Shown here in pieces: positions 24,935 to 36,859 of a stretch of 64,000 bases of DNA (positions are counted from its first letter, which is position 1; the number at the start of each line of letters is the position of its first letter). Under the pieces are notes generated by a model. The model saw nothing but the letters and a program-made list of their open reading frames with translations, made no database searches and was not told the origin of the DNA. Source of the DNA: Macrostomum hystrix (lineage: Eukaryota; Animalia; Platyhelminthes); contig CATNEN010000008.1 in the NCBI GenBank assembly GCA_950097015.1, positions 1 to 64,000 on the forward strand. Direction: 5' to 3'. The position numbers and the translations under genes were made by a program.

Positions 24935-27900
24935 TCAATCTTCTTCTTCATCACTGCCAAACTCTCTCGCATCCTCATCGTTGTTGTCAACGGCGATATC
25001 GACAATAAATCCAACGTTGGCATCGGCGTCAGAGTCGCCTTCGACGTCATTGTTGCCACGAGCGTCGCCGTCGACTTGACCTTCGGCATCGCCATTAGCA
25101 ACGGCGATGATGACACCATCGTCGTCGGGGTTTTCGTCGCCATCTCGATCCTCGACGTCGCTATCCGAGTGGCTGTCCATGTCCGAGTCGGTGTCGAAAT
25201 CGTCATCGTCGTCGGAGAATATGTTCCGAGCATAGAAATCGCTGACCATGCTGGAATTTTCGTCGTCTTCATCATCGTCGTCATAGTCGTCTTCGTCATC
25301 GCTAATCCAAGGCGGCATAACAACGTGGCCTCTGAAGATTAGTAACTGAACATCGATGTCGCTATCGTCGGAGTCGTCTGTGGCGTCAGCTACGACAGCT
25401 GGGTGGTCGACGGTGACGGCGAATCCAAGGCGAAGACCAGCGAGACGCTGGTTCAGATCCGCCGCTTCTTCCCTATCAGATTTTGCTCGGGCTCGACCCT
25501 CGCCCTCGCCGTCTGTTTCGCCGCTGCTATCGCTATCATCATCGGCTACGGAACTGATTCTCAGTCGGAGATCGGCAAATCTGTCGAAACCGTCGGCCAG
25601 GCCGGCTCGGACGATTCAGCGCGGCAACCAGCTGGTCGGGCTGCAGGCCGGAGCACTTTGTCACGTCTAGCAGGGCGAGACGGCGACAATTGGCTAACAG
25701 AGGCGCCAGGCCGCCGGGACCGAGTTGTCGACAGCGGGCGGCGCGCAGCTCCAGCAGGCTGGGACAGAGCCAGCTGCCGGCCGTTGAAATCAGTGCCGGA
25801 GACGTCCAGCTGGCTGAGGCTGGGGAGGCCATTCAGGGCGGCAAAGTCGGCGTCCTGCAAGCCGGCGCAATCGGTTAGGCGAAGCCGACGAAGGCCGGGC
25901 AGGCGGGCTACGAGGCGGCGCAAGCAGCCGCCGGTCAGGTCCGCCCGGCCCAGGTGGAGCAGTTCGAGGTTGGCGCCGTTCAGCTGCCAGGCGTTTTCGT
26001 CGGCGGCGGCAGCGTTAGCTCCAGCCGCGCGGCTCATAGGCCAGTGGTTCCAGTCTTCATAGTTGGCGACGTCTTCAGACTGGCGATAACGATGAGGAGA
26101 AAAACTAAGTATAGAATAGTTCCACTACCAAACATATCAGAAACAATCCTGAGACGATTCCCATTTCAGATTTCCATCTTGTGACGATTTCTATCCTTAA
26201 TCATAATAATAATTGCAGGTGGGCTGGGGGCAATGGCACATCATTTGATGACACCAGACACGCACGTATTCGACTAATCCGGTCAAGGCGATTCCCATTC
26301 GACTAATCCGGCTCGAGACGATTCTCATTAGACTAATCCGGCTCGAGACGATTCCCATTAGACTAATCCGGCTTAAGACGATTCCCATTAGACTAATTCG
26401 GCTCGAGACGACTCCCATTAGACTAATCCGGCTTAAGACGATTCCCATTTGACTAATCCGGCTTAAGACGATTCCCATTTGACTAATCCGGCTCGAGACG
26501 ATTCCCATTAGACTAATCCGGCTTGACGATTCCCATTAGACTAATCCGGTTTGAGAAGATACTAGCGTAAAGATTGGTTCATAAAAATCAGGTCTCATTG
26601 CAGGCAGGCTCAGCTCACCCGCTCAATGCCGAGCTCTGCCAGCTGATCCATCGAAGCCCAATCGATCTTGTCGCTAAGTCGGGCCAGCGGCTTCGCCAGA
26701 GTCAGCCGCAACGACTGCAGCCTGGCGGCGCAGAACCTGGTGGCCACCAGTGGCACATTCTCGCTGACAACATTCGTCAGTGTTAAACGACGCAGCCGGC
26801 AGCCGGCCAGGAAGCTGAAGGCTTCGCCGGTGCGAAGCTGATGAGCTGGCAAGCTGAGCTCCTCCAGGTTGGCGCCGCAACCGCGCATGAGTAGCCACAG
26901 AGCCTGCGAAATGAAATTATTGAACTGACTGCATACACCTGCCGAAGGGGTTCGGTGACTAGCGATAGGATTCCATATCTAGAAATGGGATTCCGTATCT
27001 AGCAATTGGGTTCTAGATCTAGCGATAGGATTCCAGATCTAGCAGAGGTTGTAGCCTTGTGGTTAGAGCGTCGAACTCACGACTTGAAGGTCGGGGGTTC
27101 GATTCCTGACTCCACTGGAACAATTTGTGTCCTTTTGCAAGACACTTAACCCTGTCTTCAGTTCACCCAGCTGTTAAATGGGTACCAGCTGGGATAATTG
27201 AAGGTGGGTGTGGCGTCCCCCAGTCCATGGACTGATCAGCCGTACGCAACCTTCAGATGCGCCGCGCAATAGCTGCGGCTGTGCTGTCGGCTGCACATCT
27301 GGCCGAATCGGACAGGTGTAATCAATTATTATTAAATTATTAATTATTATTAATCGGGTTCCATATCTATCAATTGGGTTCCATATCTATCAATTGGGTT
27401 CCATATCCAGCAATGGGGTTCCATATCCAGCAATGGGGTTCCATATCCAGCAATGGGGTTCCATATCCAGTACAACGCCACCTGATCGTTGAATCGCTTC
27501 AACGCTCGCATGCGGCTCCTGAGTCCGAAGCGCGGTATTTGCTGATCCGGGTCGGCCAGATCCAGCACAGTCAGCTGTCGCAGACAGTCAGCGGCCAGCA
27601 GGCAGTCCAATGGCGACGGGCAGACACGCAGGCGAAGCTCCGTCAGTGCCGGGAGGCATCTGGAGATGCGGGTCAGCGGCAGGGAGAGATTCGGAGGCGT
27701 CGCCTTGGCAACGATCAGCCGGCTGAGTTCGGGCGAGTCCAGGCAGCGCAGAAAGTTTTGCAGATCGTCGGCAGCCTCGGCAGTTTCGTCGTCCTCATTG
27801 TCGGCAAAGTCTAGACGCCCTAGGCGAAGAACAACTCGACGTCGCCAGGCCACGATACGGCGAAAGCAGGCGCAGGAGCGACTCAGCCGAAGCCAGTCGG

Positions 27901-30900
27901 ACGGGGGCAGGCGGGCGAGGACGCCGTCTTCGAAGGCGCCGGGCGGCAGCAGGCGCGCCGGACAGTCGGACCGGCAGACAGCGGCCAGAGGACTCGGCGA
28001 CTCGGCCGGCTCCGGATAGATTTCGGCGCCGGGTAGGACGAATCGGCAGCGGACGCGAAACTTCCAGTCCAGCTCGCCGGAGAACAGTTCGTCCAGGCTT
28101 CTCAGGCGAAGCATCAGGCGCAGCAGGTGGCCTATTATTTTTTATGGTTAATTTTTAGCATTTTTTGACAGTTCTTCCGCGGTTACGGATTTTCGGCGGA
28201 TTCCTGGATTTTCGGCGGATTCTTTAGATTTTCGACTCGATCATTTATAAGATTTTCGGGGGGATTCCTTAGATTTGAAGCGCATTCCTTAAGTTTGAAA
28301 TGCATGTATCCCCCACTTGCCCGCCAACATTGTCTATGTCGTAACGCGTTTCGTTTATTTGCCCTAGGGCAATAAATCATTTATTTCCCGCGCCCCCGCG
28401 CGAAACAGAACTTTTACCACAGACATAAGTCACACCCGTCTGGGGAAATAAACAAAGAAAGTGCAAAACGAGAACGCTCGGAACCAAACACACCCTCCGT
28501 CCAGCAGTCATCTTCGATGGGCTTTGACACCGGGTCAGACTTCTTGAGCCCGACGCCCTTGCCCTCAGCAGTTGATAGCTTCATAGCAGCGTCCAACGCT
28601 CTTCTGCACTCGGCAAACTCGACATTCGTCCAGAGGCACCAGTCCTTGCGATGCACGTTGCGCATTTGGTATTGTAGCATTGAGAAGAAGTCCTTCAGGG
28701 TACCAGCCGAGTACCGTTCGTTCCGTTTTGTCCGGACCTCCAGGATAAACAACTTCAGGAGAAAGTTCAGGTCCGTCTTGTCAAACTCATCCATGTCCTT
28801 GATAACCATGATGGATGGTCCACCATTCGTCGCCCATTCTTGCTTCTTAAACGCGTGCCATTCATTGAAAGTAGACAGCATCCACTCGCATTTCTTTACG
28901 GTGTTCGGAGGGACCGTGCCGCCAATCATGGCCTCCGCCTCGGCCTCAGTCAAGCTTTCAAATCGAGGGCTAGACATATACAAGCGTCTGCTATTCTGTC
29001 CTGTTCTGTCTTTTTCGCATAAAGGCTGTCTTTTTTAGCGTCTACCCTCCTCTCGGATTTTGATTTTCACCATAGACTACAGACAGAGCGTAGCAAGAAA
29101 CAGAAGACTTAAAGTGCAATGAAAGTCGGCAGCCAAGTGGGGGATACATACCATCTCTCCCACTTATTTCGGCTGTCTAGGGTGCAAAGGCACTCGGCGC
29201 GAATTTCATTGACCTCGGCTTCGCCTCGGTCAATAAATTTGCGCCTCGAGCCTTTACACCCTGGCAGCCGAAATAAGTGGGAAAGATTATACATTTCTCA
29301 GATTTAAACGCATAAGTATAAGGCACACATTTACCTTGAGCTGAGCTCTGGTTCTCCTTCTCCTCATCTTCCCTGTCCTCTTTACGATGCTCAGCAATGC
29401 TGCTTGTCTCAAAGACAGCGCCAAATTTATCAAACGCCTCCTTACAGCCACCGGGTCCATTCTCGCTTATCCACTGGAAGAAAAATAGACGAAAGCTTTT
29501 GGCGCTAAAAATTAAGTTGAGAACTACAAATAAATAGTAACTCACTGAATCGACTAAAAGAATGCAAGTGCAATAGTCCTCCGATTGCATGATTGAGTCT
29601 TCGTCCACCACCGGCCGGAAACTAAATTTAATTATGGCTTTTTATCGAATTTTTTTGACTTCCTAAACACAAAAATAAAAGTAATTTCTTTTTTAAAAGT
29701 AGACGATCTCAGTAGAGTAGATAGAGAATCAGACAACCCCAGTAGAGTAGATAGAGAATCAGACAACCCCAGTAGAGTAGATAGAGAATCAGACAACCCC
29801 AGAGTAGATAGAGAATCAGACAACCCCAGTAGAGTAGATAGAGAATCAGACAACCCCAGTAGAGTAGATAGAGAATCAGACAACCCCAGTAGAGTAGATA
29901 GAGAATCAGACAACCCCAGTAGAGTAGATAGAGAATCAGACAACCCCAGTAGAGTAGATAGAGAATCAGACAACCCCAGTAGAGTAGATAGAGAATCAGA
30001 CAACCCCAGTAGAGTAGATAGAGAATCAGACAACCCCAGTAGAGTAGATAGAGAATCAGACAACCCCAGTAGAGTAGATAGAGAATCAGACAACCCCAGT
30101 AGAGTAGATAGAGAATCAGACAACCCCAGTAGAGTAGATAGAGAATAAGACAACCCCAGTAGAGTAGATAGAGAATCAGACAACCCCAGTAGAGTAGATA
30201 GAGAATAAGACAACCCCAGTAGAGTAGATAGAGAATCAGACAACCCCAGTAGAGTAGATAGAGAATCAGACAACCCCAGTAGAGTAGATAGAGAATCAGA
30301 CAACCCCAGTAGAGTAGATAGAGAATCAGACAACCCCAGTAGAGTAGATAGAGAATCAGACAACCCCAGTAGAGTAGATAGAGAATCAGACAACCCCAGT
30401 AGAGTAGATAGAGAATCAGACAACCCCAGTAGAGTAGATAGAGAATCAGACAACCCCAGTAGAGTAGATAGAGAATCAGACAACCCCAGTAGAGTAGATA
30501 GAGAATCAGACAACCCCAGTAGAGTAGATAGAGAATCAGACAACCCCAGTAGAGTAGATAGAGAATCAGACAACCCCAGTAGAGTAGATAGAGAATCAGA
30601 CAACCCCAGAGTAGAGTAGATAGAGAATCAGACAACCCCAGTAGAGTAGATAGAGAATCAGACAACCCCAGTAGAGTAGATAGAGAATCAGACAACCCCA
30701 GTAGAGTAGATAGAGAATCAGACAACCCCAGTAGAGTAGATAGAGAATCAGACAACCCCAGTAGAGTAGATAGAGAATCAGACAACCCCAGTAGAGTAGA
30801 TAGAGAATCAGACAACCCCAGTAGAGTAGATAGAGAATCAGACAACCCCAGTAGAGTAGATAGAGAATCAGACAACCCCAGTAGAGTAGATAGAGAATCA

Positions 30901-33900
30901 GACAACCCCAGTAGAGTAGATAGAGAATCAGACAACCCCAGAGTAGATAGAGAATCAGACAACCCCAGTAGAGTAGATAGAGAATCAGACAACCCCAGTA
31001 GAGTAGATAGAGAATCAGACAACCCCAGTAGAGTAGATAGAGAATCAGACAACCCCAGAGTAGATAGAGAATCAGACAACCCCAGTAGAGTAGATAGAGA
31101 ATCAGACAACCCCAGTAGAGTAGACAAGCTGAGTAGAGCGAATCACAAATCCAAAGCTCACATTTCTGTCGGGTTGATCCAGCGATCGAAAAACTCCTCC
31201 AAGCCGTCGCAGCCGCTGAGCAGACCGCGCGCCTGATCCCAGCCCGTCCAGCTGAGGAATCCCAGGCCCAGGAGAAGGCGAGCAACTAGACGATCGAATC
31301 GACGAATCGTCACCCCGTTGAGTAGGCTGGAGGCCAGCTCCTCAGCCGCAGCTCGAGCAGGACCAGGCAGGCAGGGCCAGTCAGCCAGGCGACTGGCGAA
31401 ACGTCGCCACAGGCGGTGACGGGCCAGCCTGCCAGAGTAGGGAGCGGCGCAATGGGAATGACTCATGGTCTCTTGACATTACAGAAAGGCTAAAGGCACA
31501 TCCTCAAGCACTAGATCCCAACCTCTAACTTCCCAAGATCCCAACCTCTAACTTCCCAAGATCCCAACCTCTAACTTCCCAAGATCCCAACCTCTAACTT
31601 CCCAAGATCCCAACCTCTAACTTCCCAAGATCCCAACCTCTAACTTCCCAAGATCCCAACCTCTAACTTCCCAAGATCCCAACCTCTAACTTCACCAAGA
31701 TCCCAACCTCTAACTTCCCAAGATCCCAAACCAGAGCTCCACAAGAAAACTACAGCCCCTGATTAGCCCGCTAGCAAACCTGGCCAGCAGGTGCGGAGTC
31801 AGGATAGTCTCAATGGTCTTTCGGCACAGCTGAACCTCTTCTACGGCCGCCGACCAGCCTGCGTCGGCGTCGGCCGAACCCGTGACGGCATCGGCACAGG
31901 CCTCCGCTGTGATGTCGCCGTCTTTCTCACCGTCATCGCGTTTGCCGCTCAGACGTGCTTCCGCCAAGCCTGTTTGAAAACATCGACGTAGCAACAAAAA
32001 ATCTGTATTAAACAGTAGGACTACCAAGCCATTTTGCCGCCCGTTGTGCTGCACCCGAACGGAAGCACACGAAACTCAAGAACACGGGCCAACTTTTGGT
32101 CGCGCATCTTCTGAAACAATAATCAAGTCGCCAGTCCTTAAGACCGTCGAGATATTCAACGGTTCTGGCCAAAGGTCTGATTTTTCCCGTAAGAGCTAGC
32201 GTACCAACCTTTATCCTGACGTAGCTGCGGTGACCACCGATGTCGGAGATGATGTAGGCACATTCAGGTGACATGCTGATAAATTTTGAAGGCCTGGCAA
32301 GGCCGCACTGAGGCTCAGTGCAAACTTGTGTATAGGGGTACACACTAGCTTGCGTTGCTCCGTTCAGGTGCAGCAAAAAAACTTGTAAGGAGGGGGGATT
32401 CCCCCCAGGTAGTGCTACTTTTTAATTTACAGAGGAAGAAATTTACTATAATTACTAAGATAATTTACTCTGCCACTTAATGGCGTACTAACAACACTAC
32501 TTATAGCGGCAGTACACATATTTTTGTTAATAGAAAGTCTGACATAAGCAATTAATCAATGATAAAAACATTCTGACTAAAAAACTTCTCTCACCGGATC
32601 CTAGAGCCTTCTCAAATGCGTCTCTGGCATCAATGAGCAGATTGAACAGTCCGTCGCCACTTTTAGCAGACTGTTTCAATTGCCGCCTAGCGAAGGCGAA
32701 GAACAATCTGGAGGACAGCAGGTGGCGCAGTCGGTCGGGCAAGGGCCCGCCTTTAACAGCCTCCAGCAGGGTGAAATTGCACAGCTCGTGCAGGGCCACC
32801 TGGTGCCTGGCCTCCAGCCAGTGGTCCAGAGCCGGGCGGAGATTGTCGGCAGCCAGCCATCGCGGCTCGCAGGCCAGTCTGCGTAACAGTCGACAGGCGG
32901 CTTCGTCTTCGGCCAGCCGGTCGGACACCAGCGCGTCCAGTTTGGCCATGCTGTCAGACGCGTCGGCTGGCAGAGAGGAGGAGCCGACAAAGATCGCCAG
33001 GAGGCGACAGAGAGCTGGCCAACCGTGGCCGTCCAAGCTGGCTCGCACCTGCCAATACTCGGCTAGTGTCAGGCTGCGCTCCAGTAAGCCGTCAGCGAGG
33101 CGTCTCATGCAGGCGGTCAGTTTGTTAACGACCCAGGCTGGCTGGAGCTTATCTAGACAGGCCTCAGGATTGCACTGCAGGCGAGGCTGACACAGCTCAA
33201 CGAGGCTGAGCAGGCGAGGCAGAAGGTCCAGTATTGTCCGCTGGCGTCGTTTTAACTCCGGATATAGTCGGACGAACAATTCGGACAGAAGGGAGGCAAA
33301 CAGCTGACTGTGGTAGCTGGGAATGTAGGATGGGCTTGTTAGATTGTTCTGCACCGAATGAAAGCTTAGTAGATTGTTCTGCACCGAATGAAAGCTTAGT
33401 AGATTGTTCTGCACCGAATGAAAGCTTAGTAGATTGTTCTGGAGTGAATGAAAGCTTGTTAGATTGTTCTGCACCGAATGAAAGCTTGCTTGATGGTTCT
33501 GCACCGAATGAAAGCTTGCTTGATGGTTCTGCACCGAATGAAAGCTTGCTTGATGGTTCTGCACCGAATGAAAGCTTGCTTGATGGTTCTGCACCGAATG
33601 AAAGCTTGCTTGATGGTTCTGCACCGAATGAAAGCTTGCTTGATGGTTCTGCACCGAATGAAAGCTTGCTTGATGGTTCTGCACCGAATGAAAGCTTGCT
33701 TGATGGTTCTGCACCGAATGAAAGCTTGCTTGATGGTTCTGCACCGAATGAAAGCTTGCTTGATGGTTCTGCACCGAATGAAAGCTTGCTTGATGGTTCT
33801 GCACCGAATGAAAGCTTGCTTGATGGTTCTGCACCGAATGAAAGCTTGCTTGATGGTTCTGCACTGAATGAAAGCTTGCTTGATGGTTCTGCACCGAATG

Positions 33901-35761
33901 AAAGCTTGCTTGATGGTTCAGCACCGAATGAAAGCTTGCTTGATGGTTCTGCACCGAATGAAAGCTTGCTTGATGGTTCTGCACCGAATGAAAGCTTGCT
34001 TGATGGTTCTGCACCGAATGAAAGCTTGCTTGATGGTTCTGCACCGAATGAAAGCTTGATGGTTCTGCACCGAATGAAAGCTTGCTTGATGGTTCTGCAC
34101 TGAATGAAAGCTTGTTAGATTGTTCTGGAGTGAATGAAAGCTTGTTAGATTGTTCTGGAGTGAATGAAAGCTTGTTAGATTGTTCTGCACCGAATGAAAG
34201 CTTGCTTGATGGTTCAGCACCGAATGAAAGCTTGCTTGATGGTTCTGCACCGAATGAAAGCTTGCTTGATGGTTCTGCACCGAATGAAAGCTTGCTTGAT
34301 GGTTCTGCACCGAATGAAAGCTTGCTTGATGGTTCTGCACCGAATGAAAGCTTGCTTGATGGTTATGCACCGAATGAAAGCTTTTTTGATAGTTCTGCAC
34401 CGAATGAAAGCTTGTTAGATTGTTCTGGAGTGAATGAAAGCTTGTTAGATTGTTCTGGAGTGAATGAAAGCTTGTTAGATTGTTCTGGAGTGAATGAAAG
34501 CTTGTTAGATTGTTCTGGAGTGAATGAAAGCTTGTTAGATTGTTCTGGAGTGAATGAAAGCGCTTGAAATTGCTGTAGATTGAATTAAAGTTTAAATTGC
34601 TCTGCCCTGAAGGAAAGCTTGTTGGATTACTTGTTAGAATGGGCGAACAGCCAAGGCACAGCGAGAGCTTACACTGCCAGACGATGAGAAAGTGGGTGCA
34701 GATAAGACAAACAGTTAGTCAACTTACTGATCGGACATAGTCCTCAGAAGCTCCTGCAGAGCCAATAGCCGGCTAGACCAATCAGAAGTGACCAAAGCCC
34801 ATCTGCTATCAGCGCTGCCAACCGAACAGCCGCTTGATCCAGAGTCTTGATCCTGGTCGCACGCTGACAGAGCTTCGCCCCATCGGCTGGCTAGACGGTA
34901 GACAAGCTTGTCCAGCAGCTGGTTGTGAAATTCCGTAAACATAGGCACAGACTTCGTACACACTTCACAGGCGCTAACCGCAAAGCTAGCTAAGCTGGCA
35001 TCAGAGAACGCATTTGCCCGCCAGTCCAGTATTTCAATGCCGTAGCGCAGCAACTGCAGGCAGGCTGCCATATTGCTAGTACTTAAAGCCTTAATTGCAG
35101 CGGCCAGATGCTTCGGATCGATTATGACGACAATTTTAGCGTGTTCGGCCAGCCCCCAGAGAGCGTCGGCTAGAGCGGCCGCAGAGTTGGCCAAAATGGC
35201 CGACTCTTGAAAGAAGAGCTCGGCTAGCGCCGACCGACCATCGCGCAGGTTGACAGTCAGGAGTTCGTCTAAAGGTGATGCTTTTAGTTGAAGAGCCAGC
35301 TGGACCAGAGAGTCAGTTAGACACTCTGTACCTGCTGTCAAACGGCAACTAGCCAATAGCTGATTGCAGAAGTCCAACCAGCAGTCTATGGCCAATAAAG
35401 GCGGCGAATCGGTTGGACAGAAAGCCGCTGTTGTATCAAAATATATATACAACAATTGAAAGTGATGCCCCGGATTGAGCTGCTTTGCGCTGGTTACAAA
35501 TAGGCGATGGGGATATCTGGGATGGCGATAGCTGATTGTGTATTTGAATTGGCCTGGAGGCAGCACTAATCGAACATAGATGCCAAATTTGGTAATGTTC
35601 ATCTGTCCTGGGCCAATCACATAGCGAGTATCACTGCCCCGTAGTACAGTGAGAGCCAGTTGTAGGTTAGTATAGGTCTGCGGCAATTCAGGCAGTGCCT
35701 CATATGAGGTGGCATTCAAGCCAGATAGGTGCAGATAGAAATTTTGCACACAAAACTGCGC
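24935..35761 (-). CDS. Large multi-exon protein: ~870-aa unassigned N-terminal region + F-box + LRRs + acidic tail (~1500 codons; 5' exon unresolved; 2 frameshifts in last exon)
   Basis: Phase-consistent chain 35761-34728, 33316-32595, 31969-31780, 31428-31162, 29621-29546, 29473-29335, 28131-27482, 26903-26619, 26079-24935. F-box-like LPPGAFEDGVLARLPPSDWLRLSRSCACFRRIV; cysteine-type LRRs (LRRLRLTDCAGL, LALLDVTKCSGL); D/E-rich C-terminus. Confidence 0.75.
26200..26555. repeat. SINE A 3' fragment fused to a 30-bp minisatellite GACGATTCCCATTAGACTAATCCGGCTCGA
   Basis: SINE tail at 26200-26262 (minus) runs directly into about 10 copies of the 30-mer. Confidence 0.9.
26960..27470 (+). mobile_element. 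SINE family B copy (27045-27350) inserted into a ~20-bp degenerate array
   Basis: Head GGTTGTAGCCTTGTGGTTAGAGCG..GGTTCGATTCC, CORE-like centre and (ATT)n tail. GGGTTCCATATCCAGCAATG-like units lie on both sides. Confidence 0.88.
28300..29310 (-). mobile_element. Crypton-type (DUF3504/ZMYM-QRICH1-related tyrosine recombinase) element fragment inside an intron; ORF 28983-28414 truncated
   Basis: VPPNTVKKCEW..FNEW..LNFLLKLFILEVRTKRNERYSAGTLK..EFAECRRALDAAMKLSTAEGKG..KKSDPVS..EDDCWTEGVFG is the N-terminal half of this family; the catalytic half is absent. Flanked by palindromes and a 16-bp inverted repeat. Confidence 0.75.
29710..31125. repeat. 30-bp highly homogeneous minisatellite AGTAGAGTAGATAGAGAATCAGACAACCCC
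   Basis: About 47 nearly identical copies filling one intron. Confidence 0.97.
31513..31730. repeat. 23-bp minisatellite AGATCCCAACCTCTAACTTCCCA
   Basis: About 9 copies in intron 31779-31429. Confidence 0.95.
32045..32350. repeat. Dispersed repeat, copy 1 (second copy at 41450-41755)
   Basis: GAAACTCAAGAACAC(G/A)GGCCAACTTTT..CATCTTCTGAAACA..GACCGTC..GATATTCAA..CCAAAGGTC is shared with 41450. Confidence 0.8.
33338..34560. repeat. 30-bp minisatellite GCTTGCTTGATGGTTCTGCACCGAATGAAA
   Basis: About 40 copies; inflates ORF 32527..34044 with QNHQASFHSV repeats that are intronic. Confidence 0.96.
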
Positions 35762-36859
35762 CTGAAATTGTGTGCATTACAATTTTGTGCATTGTGTGGC
35801 TACTGGAAAATAATAGATTCATGAACACATTACAAATAACCCATTAAACATAGTCCTAGGTTATTTCAAAATGCTTATTGAAAGTTTGTTGATTATTTTT
35901 CCAAAGAATTTTATATTCTGCTGTACATCAAACTCACCCATTGAGAAATGATCCCTTCGCTTTACAATTTTTACAGTATATATACTATATATGCTAAAAG
36001 TACAACAAATTGTTTTTGGTTCATAGGTTTTTTCTTTATGGGATCTAAAGTGAGACTTAACATTTCTGCCTCTCAAATCACATTTAAGACCAAATTATAG
36101 TTAAAAATTAATCAGCATTTCTAAGGAAATAATAGTCATTTCTGAAAAAAATGTGTGCACATAACTTTTTAATATATATTTCACACAAAAATGTATGCTC
36201 CTATAAGATTAAAGCTTATCAATGTTTTAACAACTAATTCAGAGTTTCAATATGTTAATGAGAACTAAATATAAAAAACATAGCTAGGCCTACTAAAAAC
36301 CAACAAAGCCAAGTAGCTGTTGGCTTGTAATTGTTATAGATATTATAGCAACTTTATAAAACAGTGAAGTAGATAGAAATGAAAAAGACTTGTCTATTCA
36401 AAATTATGGGCTTTTTTCAACTTTAATCCTATACAACAGGTCAAGTTTTAACTAGGTTTTCTCTTCACCTGTGTCCATATACGTTTTTAGTTTTTAGGGA
36501 TGACCACACTTAGTACTACATTGGGAATCAATGGTTTAAGCCTTAAGGTAAGGTAAATTATTGATTAGTTATATTGATTACTTTTGTCTTACGGCCTTGT
36601 GTATGCTGGATTATTCCAGCATATATGCCAGCTGCCTGCCACCATACTGAATCCTGGATATTTTTTATAGTCAATCGGTAAAAACATGAGTTTAAAGTAT
36701 ACAAAAGTCTGGTAGTATGATATAAATTTTTTCAAGGTACCATCCAATCCGATTTGGAAAAATTTTCTTGGAAGTGTCTACTTTTAAATTTGAGACTCTG
36801 ATATAACAAAAAACTACAGAAATAGGCTTTTCTATACGCAGTCGGACGCAATCCCAGTG

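Noticed and set aside
29632-31285. LGLSDSLSTL / YWGCLILYLL ORFs
   Set aside because: The array lies inside intron 31161-29622, which is defined by good splice sites.
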